Position numbers and translations under genes: made by a program
Assembly (NCBI GenBank): GCA_002269645.1
Contig: NIVC01000866.1
Coordinates: 324,441 to 388,440 of the forward strand
DNA: 64,000 nucleotides
Direction: 5' to 3'
Source of the DNA: Macrostomum lignano
Taxonomy: Eukaryota
The notes under the pieces: generated by a model
What the model saw: only the letters and a program-made list of their open reading frames with translations
Database searches by the model: none
Told to the model about the DNA's origin: nothing
Part shown: positions 23,836 through 36,573 of the stretch, piece by piece
Layout: the number at the start of each line of letters is the position of its first letter
How positions within the stretch are numbered: the first letter of the stretch is position 1

Positions 23836-26185
23836 TTAATTGAAGCAGGCACGGCGATTGACATCCTTTGACAGAAACTTCTCCACAGTTGCAGATATTG
23901 TACTTGCAGTATTACAAATCATGTCCTTGTGGATGAAGGCCAATGCCAGTCCATTCAGCCACTCTTCTCCCATGGTGCTGCGCAAGTAATTCTTTAGGAA
24001 CTTCAGCGAAGAGAAGGATCTTTCTCCAGTGGCAGTGGAGACAGGCAGCGTTGCGTAAATGTTCAAGAGAGTGCTGATGTTGGGAAACAGGCTATGGTCG
24101 CACTCCAAGATTGTCTTAGTCAAAGTTGTGGGCCATTTCTGTGGATCCTCCCTTTGCCAGAGTCGCATCCACTGGTTAAATTCTGCTTCAACCTCCTCTT
24201 GCTCCTGGCTTGGCAGAACTGAAGCAAAGTGCTGCATTGATGGCTTGAGCTGAATGAATGGATTTGCATGCTTCTTGGCTGTTGCTGGGATAAGGGCACT
24301 GAGTCCAGAAGCAACGTCAGAAAGGCGTGCAAATCGGTCTTGCTAATCCGCAATTAGAAACCTGGCGCTTAGCAAATCTATTGCACACTTCTGGAGCTTC
24401 TGCCAATCCCTTGGTGAGAGTCAAAGTTACATCCAGAACCACGATTGATACCAGAAACTCTGCGTCCATCGAATTAAGCAGAGCTTTTGCATTTCTGGAT
24501 GCTTCTGGGTTGGAATGCTCGCGAACTTCTTCAAGAGCTTGCACGATTGGTATCAGTAGATGTCTTGTTGTTAGAACCGCATCGTGTCTTTCAATCCAGC
24601 GAGTGTCGCATAGGTTCTTCACTCGACGGGTATTGGCCTGATGGTTCTGTGACTTCACTATGTCCTCCAGACACTTTACTCTCTGAGCAGAACTGTTGAA
24701 GAACTTCGCCAGCTCTTGGATGTTTCCCCACGTATTTCTGATGCCAGGGACTTCGCTGCTCTTGCTGATGACCAGATTGAGTTGATGCGCAGCACAATGA
24801 ATGTAGATGGCGATGGGGTGCTCTTCTCTGATTATTGCTTGAGCTCCCTTGAACTTGCCGCTCATCGCACTGGCACCATCAAATCCCAATCCCACCAGCC
24901 GCCCTTCCAAGGGAATGCCGAGAGTGACAAACTGGGACAGAATGTTCCTCGCAAGTCCAGCTCCAGTCATGTCCTCTGCAATGGTGAATCCCAGAAAGTC
25001 TTCACAAATTGCTCCATCAAACACATAGCGAACACATACTGTCAGTTGCTCCTTTGTGGCCTGGTCTGTTGTTTCATCAGCCAGGATGGACACAAACTGT
25101 GCATTGTTTATCCGCTCCTTCAGGCGGTCCAGAATCACTTCTCCAATGCACTCGTTCAGCTCATTCTGAATCGTCTTGCTGGTGTACTTAGCGTTGCCGG
25201 GTCCAGAGCGCAGATGCTCCTCTAGCCTCTTGTCTCCTGTGTCCACCATTGCTCGCAGGATCTCTCGAAAGAGACCATCATTCTGGCCAGGTCGGTCGGC
25301 AGTCTCTAGCACACCATGATCGTCTCGGTGTCCCCTGAGAGCAGAGCCACTCCTTCCACAGACTAGGATGGCACGCACAATGGAGCTGAGGATATGCCTG
25401 TTCTTTGCAATCTGCTCCTGCCTCTGTGTTGCCAATCGACTGTCAATGTGCTGTTCTGGCACCATTCGCTTGAACTCCTGTGCTCTCAGTACATTGTCTT
25501 TGTGGTAGTTGGTATGCTCGTGAGCGCAGAGATAGCCATCTGCTCCCAAGAGTCTTGCGTACTTTTGCAACAGCTCATGAACTAGTCTTCCCAATTGGTG
25601 ACCTTGTTGCCCTTGCTGAGTACCAAATAGCACACAAACTTTGCAGAACAAGCCACTCTTTACATGTGAGTATGCTAACCAGGGTTTGTCGGCTAGATGA
25701 CTGTGCCTCAGGAATCTCTTTTCTATTTTGCCCTTTGTCTTTCGCTCTTCAAATGGCATTGGGTAGGAACTGGGGGGCTCCCACGTTTGCGTCAGGAAGG
25801 CTATCTTAGTGGCACTGTCAGCAGCAGGATCGAATAGACCTATGTCAAAGTCAGACAACTTGCTCACTTGTACTTCATTGGCTTCTCTGGTATCTCCATT
25901 GAACTCGGCATTGCATTCAGAGGTGCCGGCTTCAGCTTCGTCTGAATTACGAGTACAAGTTGTAGCAAATTGTTCCGAAACAGCAACAGCAGAAGAACTA
26001 GGTCTCTCAGCAGTGGCAGCAGCAGCAGGAGCAGCAGAAGAAGAAATGAATCGGATCTCAGCAGCAGTAGAAGCAGCAGATAACTTTGCAGCAGCAGTGG
26101 CAGGACCAGGTGGTGTAACAGAAAATTGCATTAGCAATTTTTGTCGCTTTGCGTCACGCTCTAATGGAGAAGATGCTCGCTTCAT
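23836..26185 (-). pseudogene. hAT transposase, frame-broken near 24350
   Basis: TTF-type zinc finger (WLAYS..LFCKVC), ILADETTD, GFDGASAMSG, HCAAHQLNL, DTRW and C-terminal LPVSTATGERSFSSLK dimerisation region; the N- and C-terminal parts are in different frames. Confidence 0.88.
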
Positions 26186-26464
26186 TCTTTGTGATTGTGC
26201 ATCATATGTTAAGACTTGCCAAATGGATTTTACGGACTTCAAGTTCAATTGGTGTTGAGTGTAGACAGATAGCCGGGACTGGCTCAAACTATTTGTCCTT
26301 TGTAGCAGGCTGTTAAGCTTTCGCTGGTTTTCGCAAGACGCATTGACGCAATGTACATTGCTCTCAAGTCTGAACCCCAAAATGGGGAGGAAAAGCCTTT
26401 CAACCCCTTTTCATTCCATTCCCCCACCCCAAGTCTCTCTCAGAGTCTCAGTGTCTCTCTCACC

Positions 26465-26713
26465 CACAGACCAAGAAATATAACTAGACTGCGCATGAGG
26501 GTAAAAAAAGTTGTGCCTTTTTCCTAGTAGGAAAAGTGGCACCCCAGCGCCCACTCCCCCACGATCGATAATTGTGCCCGGGCCTTTCTTCTTACCCTCA
26601 GCCAACTCAGCTTGTCGGGGTCTCTTTTTTTTCCACTGTCATTTGGTCAAAAACAAGCCCAAGCAAGAAATGCGGGATGCGCAGTCTAGTTATATTTCTT
26701 TTCTTGGTCTGTG
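26465..26713. mobile_element. 249-bp MITE nested in the hAT 5' region
   Basis: TIRs CACAGACCAAGAAATATAACTAGACTGCGCAT (5-bp indel in the right arm); perfect 8-bp TSD CTCTCACC (26457-26464 and 26714-26721). Confidence 0.85.
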
Positions 26714-27873
26714 CTCTCACCCTACTCTTACTATCATAACTTAACTTAGCTTCTCTCTTGCCAATGGTTTGGCTAGAAATAAATAAAACCGAACCAACAA
26801 TGTTCCATGGGATGCAATTCCATTCCAAGGAAAAGCAGACAGACCATAGAAGCAATGGAAATATAATGAAGAACTTGGACTTTGTGGGTTGAGGAGCCCA
26901 AAATTAAAATATCTCCCTTCCATGCAAGTCCAGCCACGGCGAAAGTGGGGAGGCGGCCGCCCCCCCCCCCCCCCCTGGATCCGCCACTGCAAGGAAGTCT
27001 TATAGAAATTGTTGGATCTAAGAAATTAAAAGGTTTAGTAAGAAAATATCATTTTTATTACTACAGTATATGAATCTATCTCATAAGAGAATGACATAAA
27101 TGGCACAAATGTTTTTTAATTGAATAGCCTCTAAGCTAATGAATTATAGGCCCCAAGGTATTTATGAATACTAGCAATATATGGTAGGCCTACTATATAT
27201 AAATAACAACTACTATAAAAATAGATAAAAAATATAGAAAAGTTACTTTCTTACATTTTTGCTGAGTATTTTTAGATAAAATTCTATTGACCAATTAGAC
27301 TAGGCCTGTAGGCTATGCCCTATAGTATTTTTGGGCTTTTTAAGTAACTATGTCATGTCACAGACCCATAGGGGCCTACCCATAGCCATCATAGTTAACA
27401 TAGTCAGATTAAGATACCTAGGGGCCTACCACTACCATCCCATATAGGCCTAGTAAAACAAAAGTCTTCATACAACATAGGTTTCAACCACGTAACTACA
27501 TAATACAGTGGAATATACTTTGTTCCATTGTTCGAGTTCGTTGGTTCCCGCTTTAGACATTTTACATTAGCGTTGCTAATTTGCTAATTCCGTAAGTCAT
27601 AGGGGCCTAAGTCTAACTAAGTGTAGGGCCTAAACAGTTTGCAAATTATGACCCCACATGGCCTTATAAAACTATAATTAAGCCAACAGTTAAGCATTTT
27701 GATATTATATATAGCTCGTAGAACGTGCACAAAAAGCCACATCTTCGAACTGTTTAGCTTTATCAGGTTGACTCACAAGTCTCACATGTAGTACGCACTG
27801 GCACTAGCGGCACTACACGTAAAGTAACGTCATGAATTTAACTTAACTTTACAGTAGTGTGTAGTTTAGTGTG

Positions 27874-30746
27874 TAGTGTAATTTTGGCTCAGGCAAGCAG
27901 CCTGTTTAGCCAGTATGGGCTTGGTATTTATGATTTAATTTTTAGATGCTAGAAATAGATAATTTCAAATTTCTATACAGCACAAATTTACAATATTTTT
28001 CAAATCCGATGCAAACACTACTATTACCTATATAACAAAAATATACAAAAATACGAGTGTATCTATAGGGGGCCTACGCATTTATTAACAAAAAATCAAT
28101 ATAGGTCAATCAGTTATACTAGAAGAAAAAGAAAAGTTAGTAAAAAGCAAACAATGTACTCAGGGTTTTTTGACAGACAAAGGTTGCAAATTTATCGATG
28201 TAGCACAACGTAAGCATATTACGGCATCGATTCTGTCAAAAAAATGCTTACCTAAATGCGTTTACTAGTTGTACTAAATGCGTTATTTTTTGTTCATTTT
28301 TTCTCACACCATTTTTAAATCTTGAGACATACTAAAAATTAATTATCAATATTTATTATTATTATTTGATGGGTTCGGCCTTTTTAAGCCTATAGCTTCG
28401 AGCCTCAGAATTCAGAAATGAATCTCTTAGAACTCTGGCCTCTCACTCCTGTCAGATGGTCAGCCCCATGGTAGCTAGATTGTGGGCGAGCAGCAAGGTC
28501 CTAGCTAGGAGAAGACAGTGAGAGACAAGCAGGGAGAATTTGAAAGGTAGAGATATGATTAGCTAATCCGCAGATTAACTAACCCGCTGCCACCAGTCCG
28601 TGCGCCCCGGCTCACCAAACCGGAGCTATCGAAATCGGACTTCCGACTAGAGGGGCACACTTACCTGCCAGATCTAGTGTCTTTTAGCTGTCTATCTCGA
28701 AGTCATGGCCGAATATAGCAGGGACGCTGCTGGGACTAAGATCGCATTGGCCATGCAGGGACAGAGAGGACTTTTGCAGGGGGTTCTTGCGCTGGCGAGC
28801 CTTCATACACTACTAAAAGTACTATTTCATTACCAAATTCCCAGAAGTACATGTATAAGTACACGTAACTGCACGCTTTTGGCATTAAATGTGTTAACAC
28901 GTCGACAGATAGCGATGATGTAGATGCATTGTCACTTTCGGAGATCTTTAGACTAATTTTTAACTTACTTTAGCCGCTTAACTGCCAGTGACCGCGCCAA
29001 AGCGCCAGTCTGGCTCCTAATTTGCATGCTTAACATAATGATTTCTTAGATTGTCTGATTGACTGGGAACTGTGCCGCTTCCGGTCCACTGTGACCTCTG
29101 CCTCTAGATTTAGCCGCTCATCTCAGCTGGCATTGCGAAAAAGAAAGAAAACGCTAAGTCTTTAACTTCCAGATTTAACTTTCTCACTTAATCCGCAATC
29201 CTAAACACTTTAGATTGAGTTAGAGCAAATGTCTACTTTTAATATTAACTGACACTTCTGCCTCGAGATTGGCACACAAAAGCAAGTAAGCAAAAGTGCA
29301 AATCCTATCAGACTACCTAGGAAGGGGTCAGACAAAGGGTGCACCCAGTTAAGCAGGTCAAGAGAGCCTCTCACCAAACCAATCAGAGGACCTATCTGCC
29401 GCTGGCCAAGGAATCCACAGAGACCGAAGCGCTCGGATGGGATGCTGCTGCTGATCTTAACTGACGCGCGACGCTGTTGCTCCTCACTTGCCGGTTGTCG
29501 TTGCTGCTCTTAGATCACTGCCGGGAGATATTGACGATGCTTCTCAGGGGGAACTTAGCTGTTGAAGCCGAAACTGCCGGGGGAAGGAGGATCAGGTCGG
29601 CAGGACCGCAGGGGGGAAGAGCCTGAAGGCAGTATCAGGCCAAGTCGAGCGCCCCAGAAGGCCTGGCAAGGACAAAGGCCAGGGATTAAACGACCAGTTC
29701 GCAAAAGGTCGCGCGGGTGTCTCGAGCGCGGTTCGAGTTGCCGCCTTTTATAGCTCTCACGCGGCCGATTTGTTATAATGCACGCCGAATTTTCCGTTTG
29801 GCTGAGAGCTTTTGTTAAAATAGGCGCCGAATTTTCTGATTGGTCGAGCCGGGGGCAGTCAGGTCGACTCTGATTGGCTGAGCTCAAGACCCCAAAACCC
29901 ACCCCACCAGGTGGCCTTCAGACCCCAGGGAAGATGACAGGTGCGGTCATAAATCATGCGCAAAACATAATAAAAGCCACTAGTCTAGACACCCTGGCGC
30001 CAAAAGTGACAGCAAAACACCCATAAATTAAAGGAGAAAGTAACAGAGTGAGTGGGGAGAAAGCTGGAAAGACCTCATTGACCCAGATAGGCTGGAGCCA
30101 AAAGTGACAGCTAGACCGCCATAAAGTACTGAAAACAGTGAAAAAGCCGCAAATCTGGGGGTCAGAATGGGGTTGAAACCATTCCTCCCAGACTTAGTGT
30201 CGCCCGTCTAGACTGCTAGAGGTCAATCCGTCTCAAACCCAGACAGTCTGACCATCCAAAACAATCCAAAATTAGAATCCTAAGAGAAGTACATTGAGTA
30301 TTTATCATAATTAATAGTGATGGCATGAATTAGTGTAGAACTTAGCCTGGATGAGAGAATGGAGAGAGATTCCTAAGCTAGCCTACTGACAGTAGGGGAA
30401 AAGCGCATTGAAGCAAAACGTGCAGTTCTAAGATTGAAAAAAGGTGCGTCCTTATCATATTTTTATAGTGTTAATAATATCCTAAATGAACAACCAATTT
30501 TTATTAAAAACCTCGATCGTTACCTTTCATTACGCCCTTTTGTGGTAATTTAAAAACTTGTTCTCATACTTTTTTTCGATTTTTCGATCTGGCTTTATTC
30601 GATCGTATCTTATCTCGTAGTCAAAGCAATACTTCGTAATTTACCTCGACTAATTTAACAATTATTCCTAGCATCTAAAAATTAAATCATAAATACAAAG
30701 CCCATACTGGCTAAACAGGCTGCTTGCCTGAGCCAAAATTACACTA
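27874..30746. mobile_element. About 2.9-kb segment bounded by about 78-bp inverted repeats (probable non-autonomous DNA element)
   Basis: 27875-27952 (..AATTTTGGCTCAGGCAAGCAGCCTGTTTAGCCAGTATGGGC..) is the near-perfect reverse complement of 30668-30746; no clear TSD. Confidence 0.6.
28350..30295 (-). mobile_element. Probable long 5' LTR plus PBS plus leader fragment of a second LTR retrotransposon family
   Basis: PBS-like TGGTGGCAGCGG (plus 28584-28595), the same 12-mer as the intact Gypsy PBS. On the minus strand, two CCAATCAG boxes (about 29875 and 29835) lie upstream of TATAAAA (about 29750). Boundaries are approximate. Confidence 0.45.
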
Positions 30747-31344
30747 CTACACTACATTGGGAACTTTAAAGTGCGTGGCGATTGTCAATTGTTCAGGTAT
30801 ACTGGTATACTATACACTATTTTAAAGTGACTTGACAAAATTAGTCATTTAAAGGCACTCATTTTGGCGCTCTGAAAAAAATTATGGCAACGCACTAGAA
30901 CGGATCGAGTAAAAAACAGGAAAACCAAAAGTCCGAGAAATTTTTCAATTGCAAAAGCCTAACATTTTTCCTGCGTGCAAAATTAAAATTCCCTAAAGTG
31001 TATTTCATGTTGCACCATTTTACCTTCAATTTCATTCAAATTCTAATTCACTTTAGACAATATCGGAAGTTCATGCAAATTCGACACTTCAATTTTTGTA
31101 GATGTACATGTACATCTATAAATTCATTTTAGACAAACTCCTTTTCAATATCGACAGCAAGCACAAATTTTTATTGTGAAGAGAGCCTATATGTGGTTGG
31201 CACTGACAAAACTCCATTTATTTTTTGTCGAACTCTGTCGAACTTTTATAAAATCTGATTCACTTTCGTCAGAGTACATCCAAAATCGTCAACGTCAGTT
31301 TGACGATACATAATGAATGTAGAGACTTACATGTATATAGAACT

Positions 31345-32395
31345 CAAGGACTTCTAGACTAACAGGACGTAAAACTCAAAGATCGTGCAGTTTTTTGGAG
31401 GCCACGATTTCCTGGAAAAAATACACTGCGAAGATAGGAAAAAATCAGTTTTTCGTCACAAAATCTGTGATTGTATTTGATCTGGGGCAGTGAAGACTAC
31501 CATTCTTTTAATTTAACATGCACAATATGTTACTCTATTATATTTTCATATAGCTGTGTAGTGAAGTTTTCATTTTCATATTGTTTTCACTTTATTTCAT
31601 AAGCCCAAAGTTGCAAACTCACAAGTGGCATTAGCCAAACTTTTTGTGTTGTTCTTTTTAAAATAAAGTATAAAAACATTGCATGTAGGTACTCTTAGTC
31701 TTAAGCTATTATTGTAGGTTTAGTAACTATACTAATTCCTAGGCCTACTAGAACTAGACCTATCACTACACTATCTAGCCTAATAAGTAATTAAATTTAG
31801 ACAATGACTTAGAGATTAGTATATTTATTTTTTTTTATTATATATAGATTACCAATAAATAGTTTCATATGGTTGGTTACCTAGGCTTGAGAAAGCTGTA
31901 TTATCATTTTTTAAGCCAAGCCTATATTTAGGACTAAGATTTAAGAAGAATAGACTTAATCACAAAAATAGACCCTAACCATTTTTACTAGGTATCTATA
32001 AGAAAAAACGTTGATTAGTCCTTTTATAACTTTTATTTTAAAGGCTAAAAATATTATTATATTACAAATTTGAATAGCTTTTCTTTTCTTGAATTTGATA
32101 TTTGGCTAATGCCACTTGTGAGTTTGCAACTTTGGGCTTATGAAATAAAGTGAAAACAATATGAAAATGAAAACTTCACTACACAGCTATATGAAAATAT
32201 AATAGAGTAACATATTGTGCATGTTAAATTAAAAGAATGGTAGTCTTCACTGCCCCAGATCAAATACAATCACAGATTTTGTGACGAAAAACTGATTTTT
32301 TCCTATCTTCGCAGTGTATTTTTTCCAGGAAATCGTGGCCTCCAAAAAATTGCACAATCTTTGAGTTTTACGTCCTGTTAGTCTAGAAGTCCTTG
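31345..32395. mobile_element. 1051-bp foldback element with 295-bp TIRs (P- or hAT-type termini CAAGG)
   Basis: 31345-31639 is the reverse complement of 32101-32395 with about 2 mismatches; perfect 8-bp TSD ATAGAACT; no internal ORF. Confidence 0.9.
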
Positions 32396-32518
32396 ATAGA
32401 ACTAGCTAGAAGTAACGAAGTTGAACTTCCGATTGTCCAAAGTAAAGTTGAGTTTAAATGAAATGGAAGGTAAAATGCTGTAAAACCCGATGAAAACGGT
32501 ACCCAGACACAGGCCAAA

Positions 32519-33123
32519 TAGGAAAGAAGTGACTCGGTAAACGACTCTAAAACGACGATATGTCACGGTACAAGTCGCCAAAAAGTCGTTAGAATCGCCC
32601 CAAAATCACTTTGATACATTTTATTGTCTGCGATTCTGAACGATTCTGGGGGGAGGGGGGGCGACGCAAGTGATTTTGGCGCGACTCTAGTGACTCTGGG
32701 CGCCGGTATAACGATTCTGGGGCCAAAGAGTCGTATTTGAGGCCGGCGTTCCAGAGTAGTCGCACTACTAGCTATAGCTAGAGTCGCTGAGTGGTTTTTA
32801 AAGCGCATTTGCATCGCTTGATGAATTAGAGTCACATTTCCGGCGTTTCAGTAGCGTTCTGCAGTCGCTAAAAAGTCGCAGAAGAAGCGCTTTAGCGTCA
32901 CTGTAGAACCGTTTAGTGCGTCACTCAAGGACAACTTACAGAGTCGTTACTACGGGTCTAACAGACTGCTTGATCGTCATTTCTGGGCGAAAAGAAAATG
33001 CGTGCTCATCTACTCAAAAGTGATGCACTAAGTGACGCTAAAGCGCCTCTTCTGCGACTTTTTGGCGACTTGTACTGGGACATCTCGTCATTTTAGAGTC
33101 TTTTTAGAATCACTTCTTTCCTA
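32519..33123. mobile_element. Degenerate MITE-like inverted-repeat element
   Basis: TAGGAAAGAAGTGA..GTACAAGTCGCCAAAAAGTCG on the left is an imperfect reverse complement of CGACTTTTTGGCGACTTGTAC..TCACTTCTTTCCTA on the right. Confidence 0.55.
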
Positions 33124-34079
33124 ATTGCATAATCCTAATTGCACTTCAACTAGCCTTACTGAGTTGTAGGAAATTTAGCGCTGTGAAAGTACATATATTT
33201 GCCATTGCAACAAATTTTATTCAACAACTGATTTATTCCTACTAGGAGTAACAAAATCGTACGTAGGTATTCTTTGATTACCAATATTTTCTTTGCTAAT
33301 TGCTATTTTTTGTTATAATCAACTTCTGATCCCAATACGTAGCGGCCAGCTCTAGCTTAAATGCATGCACATAATTTTAAGTCCACTTCCCTTAAAATGT
33401 ATTTTGAATACAAGACTCTAAAATCACTTTTCTTGTTGCATTGGAGCATACTTTTTCAATTATAGCGAGTTTTTAATTTTAACTGATTTGCATGATTTGC
33501 ATTGATTTGCATGTTTTTCATTTAGCCCTCTTTGATGGAAGTTGCTCGCAAAGTTTACTATAAACTAGCTATTGATTAATTATGTATGACTTGCGTCATA
33601 CTACGAAGCGTCATACATAATACAGAACTTTCACTCTACAGAAGGGCGGAGTCACGCAATTTTTACACTTTGGAGTCTTGGTCAGAAATGCCCTGACATT
33701 CACGAAAACCTGACCCGCATTCACGGTCCCGACTCCCGATGCCATCAGTCGACGACAGTTTACAGGTGGATCGAACAATGCGAGGCGGCCGGCAGTGTGT
33801 TGTCAACTCATCCAAAAGTTAGGGCCCATGATGAGTGGAACAAATCTTGCAGCTGCTGTCTTGCAACTCTGTGCTTGATCAGCTCTACTTGTGGCTTTCT
33901 TCTGAGTGAGCATAGAAGCACAATGCGGTGTGTATTTCTATGGCCAAGGGTATGCGAACAAATGCATGCTGCTTATAGCAGGAAGCACTTATAAAAATTG
34001 GATTTTCGATTTTCGTGGCATGAAAGCTAAAATAAGCCGCTAACTTTTAAGGCATATGATTTTTAAACACACATTAATA

Positions 34080-34303
34080 CACCTTTTCACGTTCAATTTT
34101 GAACAAAGTCCAGTTCTAAAAAAACTAGCGGAAATTCAATTTAGACAATTCCGACTGGGGCAACAAACCCCAGTTCAAAACATTATGCAACCGAAGCAAG
34201 TTTTAGCCATAGACAAAATTGTCCCCAGTCTGAATTGTCTGAATTGAATTTCCGCTAGTTTTTTTAGAACTGGACTTTGTTCAAAATTAAACGTGAAAAG
34301 GTG
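34080..34303. mobile_element. 224-bp MITE with about 85-bp TIRs and a TA target duplication (Tc1/mariner-type)
   Basis: TA|CACCTTTTCACGTT...AACGTGAAAAGGTG|TA; the arms pair over about 85 bp. Confidence 0.8.
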
Positions 34304-35074
34304 TACTCATGGAAGCAAGCAAAAGTGACACTACATACTTCTGGGACACCCCTCGTATTATAATGCAAGGCATTGCGAGAACTAAGTAATGTTTGTGACC
34401 CAATGTTCGTCATGTATACTACATCTATATATGCTCGAACAAATAAAGGTGTAGCGGTACAATAGTTTCTTGTGCTACGAAATACCCCTTCCCACAAAGA
34501 AAAACCCACATGGGAAGGGTTTAAAACTACATAAAATGCTTTACAGTTCAGGTTGGGTGCGTGCAGGCAACGCAGTCTGCGCCACTATGCACTCTATCTA
34601 TAGCTAGGCAACGTGACACACTGTGCACTCCTGCGTGTGGCTGATAAATTGTAAAGCCTCATTAGTTTTACCTAAATCATCTGCCTAACCTAAGCTTTCC
34701 ACAAGCAGCAAAAGGCCAGCATCCTGCCTCAAGTGGAAGCTATACTACACTACTATACTCGCATGCAGATTTGCAAAGGACCCGCCATGAGGGCGTATCT
34801 GTGTAGCACAACTTGCCTTTTCTAATGATTTATAAGCCTGTTGTTAAATAGCAAAATTCTCGCTACAGTACTTTCCTTGTTTTAGAAAAAAAATCTTTCA
34901 AAGCAAGACATCGAGTTGCTCTTGCGATTCATAATGAAGACTTGATGTTCTCCTAGAGAGTGAAGCTAGGGAGGGCTGATGGCGGAGTCCGATGAATGAA
35001 CGTGTCCTGACGAAGTGCGCTTAGCAGACTATGACGCAATGAAAACGGTCCATGTGACACACGTAGACACTGAC

Positions 35075-35852
35075 ACAGATGTGATTTACTACCCTTGACT
35101 CTGAGACAAAGACCTTGTGATTTACTACGCTCGACTCTGACACAAAGACCTTGTGATTTACTACGCTCGACTCTGACACAAAGACCTTGTGATTTACTAC
35201 GCTCGACTCTGACACAAAGACCTTGTGATTTACTACGCTCGACTCTGACACAAAGACCTTGTGATTTACTACGCTCGACTCTGACACAAAGACCTTGTGA
35301 TTTACTACGCTCGACTCTGACACAAAGACCTTGTGATTTACTACACTCGACTCTGACACAAAGACCTTGTGATTTACTACGCTCGACTCTGACACAAAGA
35401 CCTTGTGATTTACTACGCTCGACTCTGACACAAAGACCTTGTGATTTACTACGCTCGACTCTGACACAAAGACCTTGTGATTTACTACGCTCGACTCTGA
35501 CACAAAGACCTTGTGATTTACTACGCTCGACTCTGACACAAAGACCTTGTGATTTACTACGCTCGACTCTGACACAAAGACCTTGTGATTTACTACGCTC
35601 GACTCTGACACAAAGACCTTGTGATTTACTACGCTCGACTCTGACACAAAGACCTTGTGATTTACTACACTCGACTCTGACACAAAGACCTTGTGATTTA
35701 CTACGCTCGACTCTGACACAAAGACCTTGTGATTTACTACGCTCGACTCTGACACAAAGACCTTGTGATTTACTACGCTCGACTCTGACACAAAGACCTT
35801 GTGATTTACTACACTCGACTCTGACACAAAGACCTTGTGATTTACTACGCTC
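35075..35852. repeat. 36-bp minisatellite (CTTGTGATTTACTACGCTCGACTCTGACACAAAGAC), about 21 nearly identical copies
   Basis: Head-to-tail units with no spacers; a single G/A variant in a few units. Confidence 0.97.
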
Positions 35853-35905
35853 GTAGAAACCAGTCTAGTCTAGGGCGTCACATGCAATTACAATTGTCGT
35901 TATCA

Positions 35906-36286
35906 GCGGGGCAGGGATACTGAAATCAATCTTTCTCTTTCGCCAGGGCAACGCTAATCTCGGGATAAAGCAGTTACATCTAGATAATAAGATGGGTTTT
36001 CAATTCAATCAACAGCTTTCTTGCTTACTGACCACATCAGAAAAAATCTAGCTGGGTGAAGATGAACGCAGTGCAATTCATGTTGATGACTGTATTAATC
36101 AGAAAAATTGATGCTCACCAAAAAAACAAGCTGAAATATTAAATTACCATCAAAGGCAGCAAAGCAATACTCGTAAATTGTCAACCCAGGTTTTTCAAAA
36201 GACTTAAGCCCAGATTAAATTTTGCAGAGGCGGCCGAATGGAAAAAAGCATAAATATACGGGCCGCCTCACGACAATCAAGAGCAG
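35906..36286 (+). repeat. 381-bp direct duplication of the GPCR upstream region, left copy
   Basis: Matches 41246-41626 with 2 substitutions seen; abuts the Gypsy LTR at 36287. Confidence 0.92.
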
Positions 36287-36470
36287 TGTAAACTGAGAGA
36301 AGGCGAGAGTTAAGCGAGACCAAAAACACACGAAGTGGCTAAAGCCACGCGCAACGATTTATATATTTGCAATGTACATCAATCAATGTACATCGCGATT
36401 ATTTGCAGATGAATAACTCCGACCCAATAACAACCACACAACAGCGAAAACATTCACGCCTCTTACATCA

Positions 36471-36480
36471 CTCCTTCCCT
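36471..36480 (-). other. Polypurine tract AGGGAAGGAG of the Gypsy element
   Basis: 3 nt before the 3' LTR on the minus strand. Confidence 0.8.
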
Positions 36481-36573
36481 AAATTGAGGATAATAAAAAA
36501 CTGCGAAAAGACAAAAGAGGCAGTAAAACCATGAGAATTAAAAATGCACGAATAGCAAAAATGAACCAGTAAA

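Larger units (their letters stand above)
23404..26989 (-). mobile_element. hAT DNA transposon (THAP12/PRKRIR-like transposase group), defective
   Basis: 16-bp perfect TIRs CAGTGGCGGATCCAGG / CCTGGATCCGCCACTG; perfect 8-bp TSD CAAGGAAG (23396-23403 and 26990-26997). Confidence 0.95.

Noticed and set aside
33826-33906. Possible C/D snoRNA (ATGATGA...CTGA)
   Set aside because: No terminal stem, no recognisable guide sequence and no host intron.
35075-35852. 36-bp repeats of CRISPR-like length (also the 29-, 43- and 46/49-bp arrays)
   Set aside because: Units are head-to-tail with no unique spacers, there are no cas genes, and the context is eukaryotic.
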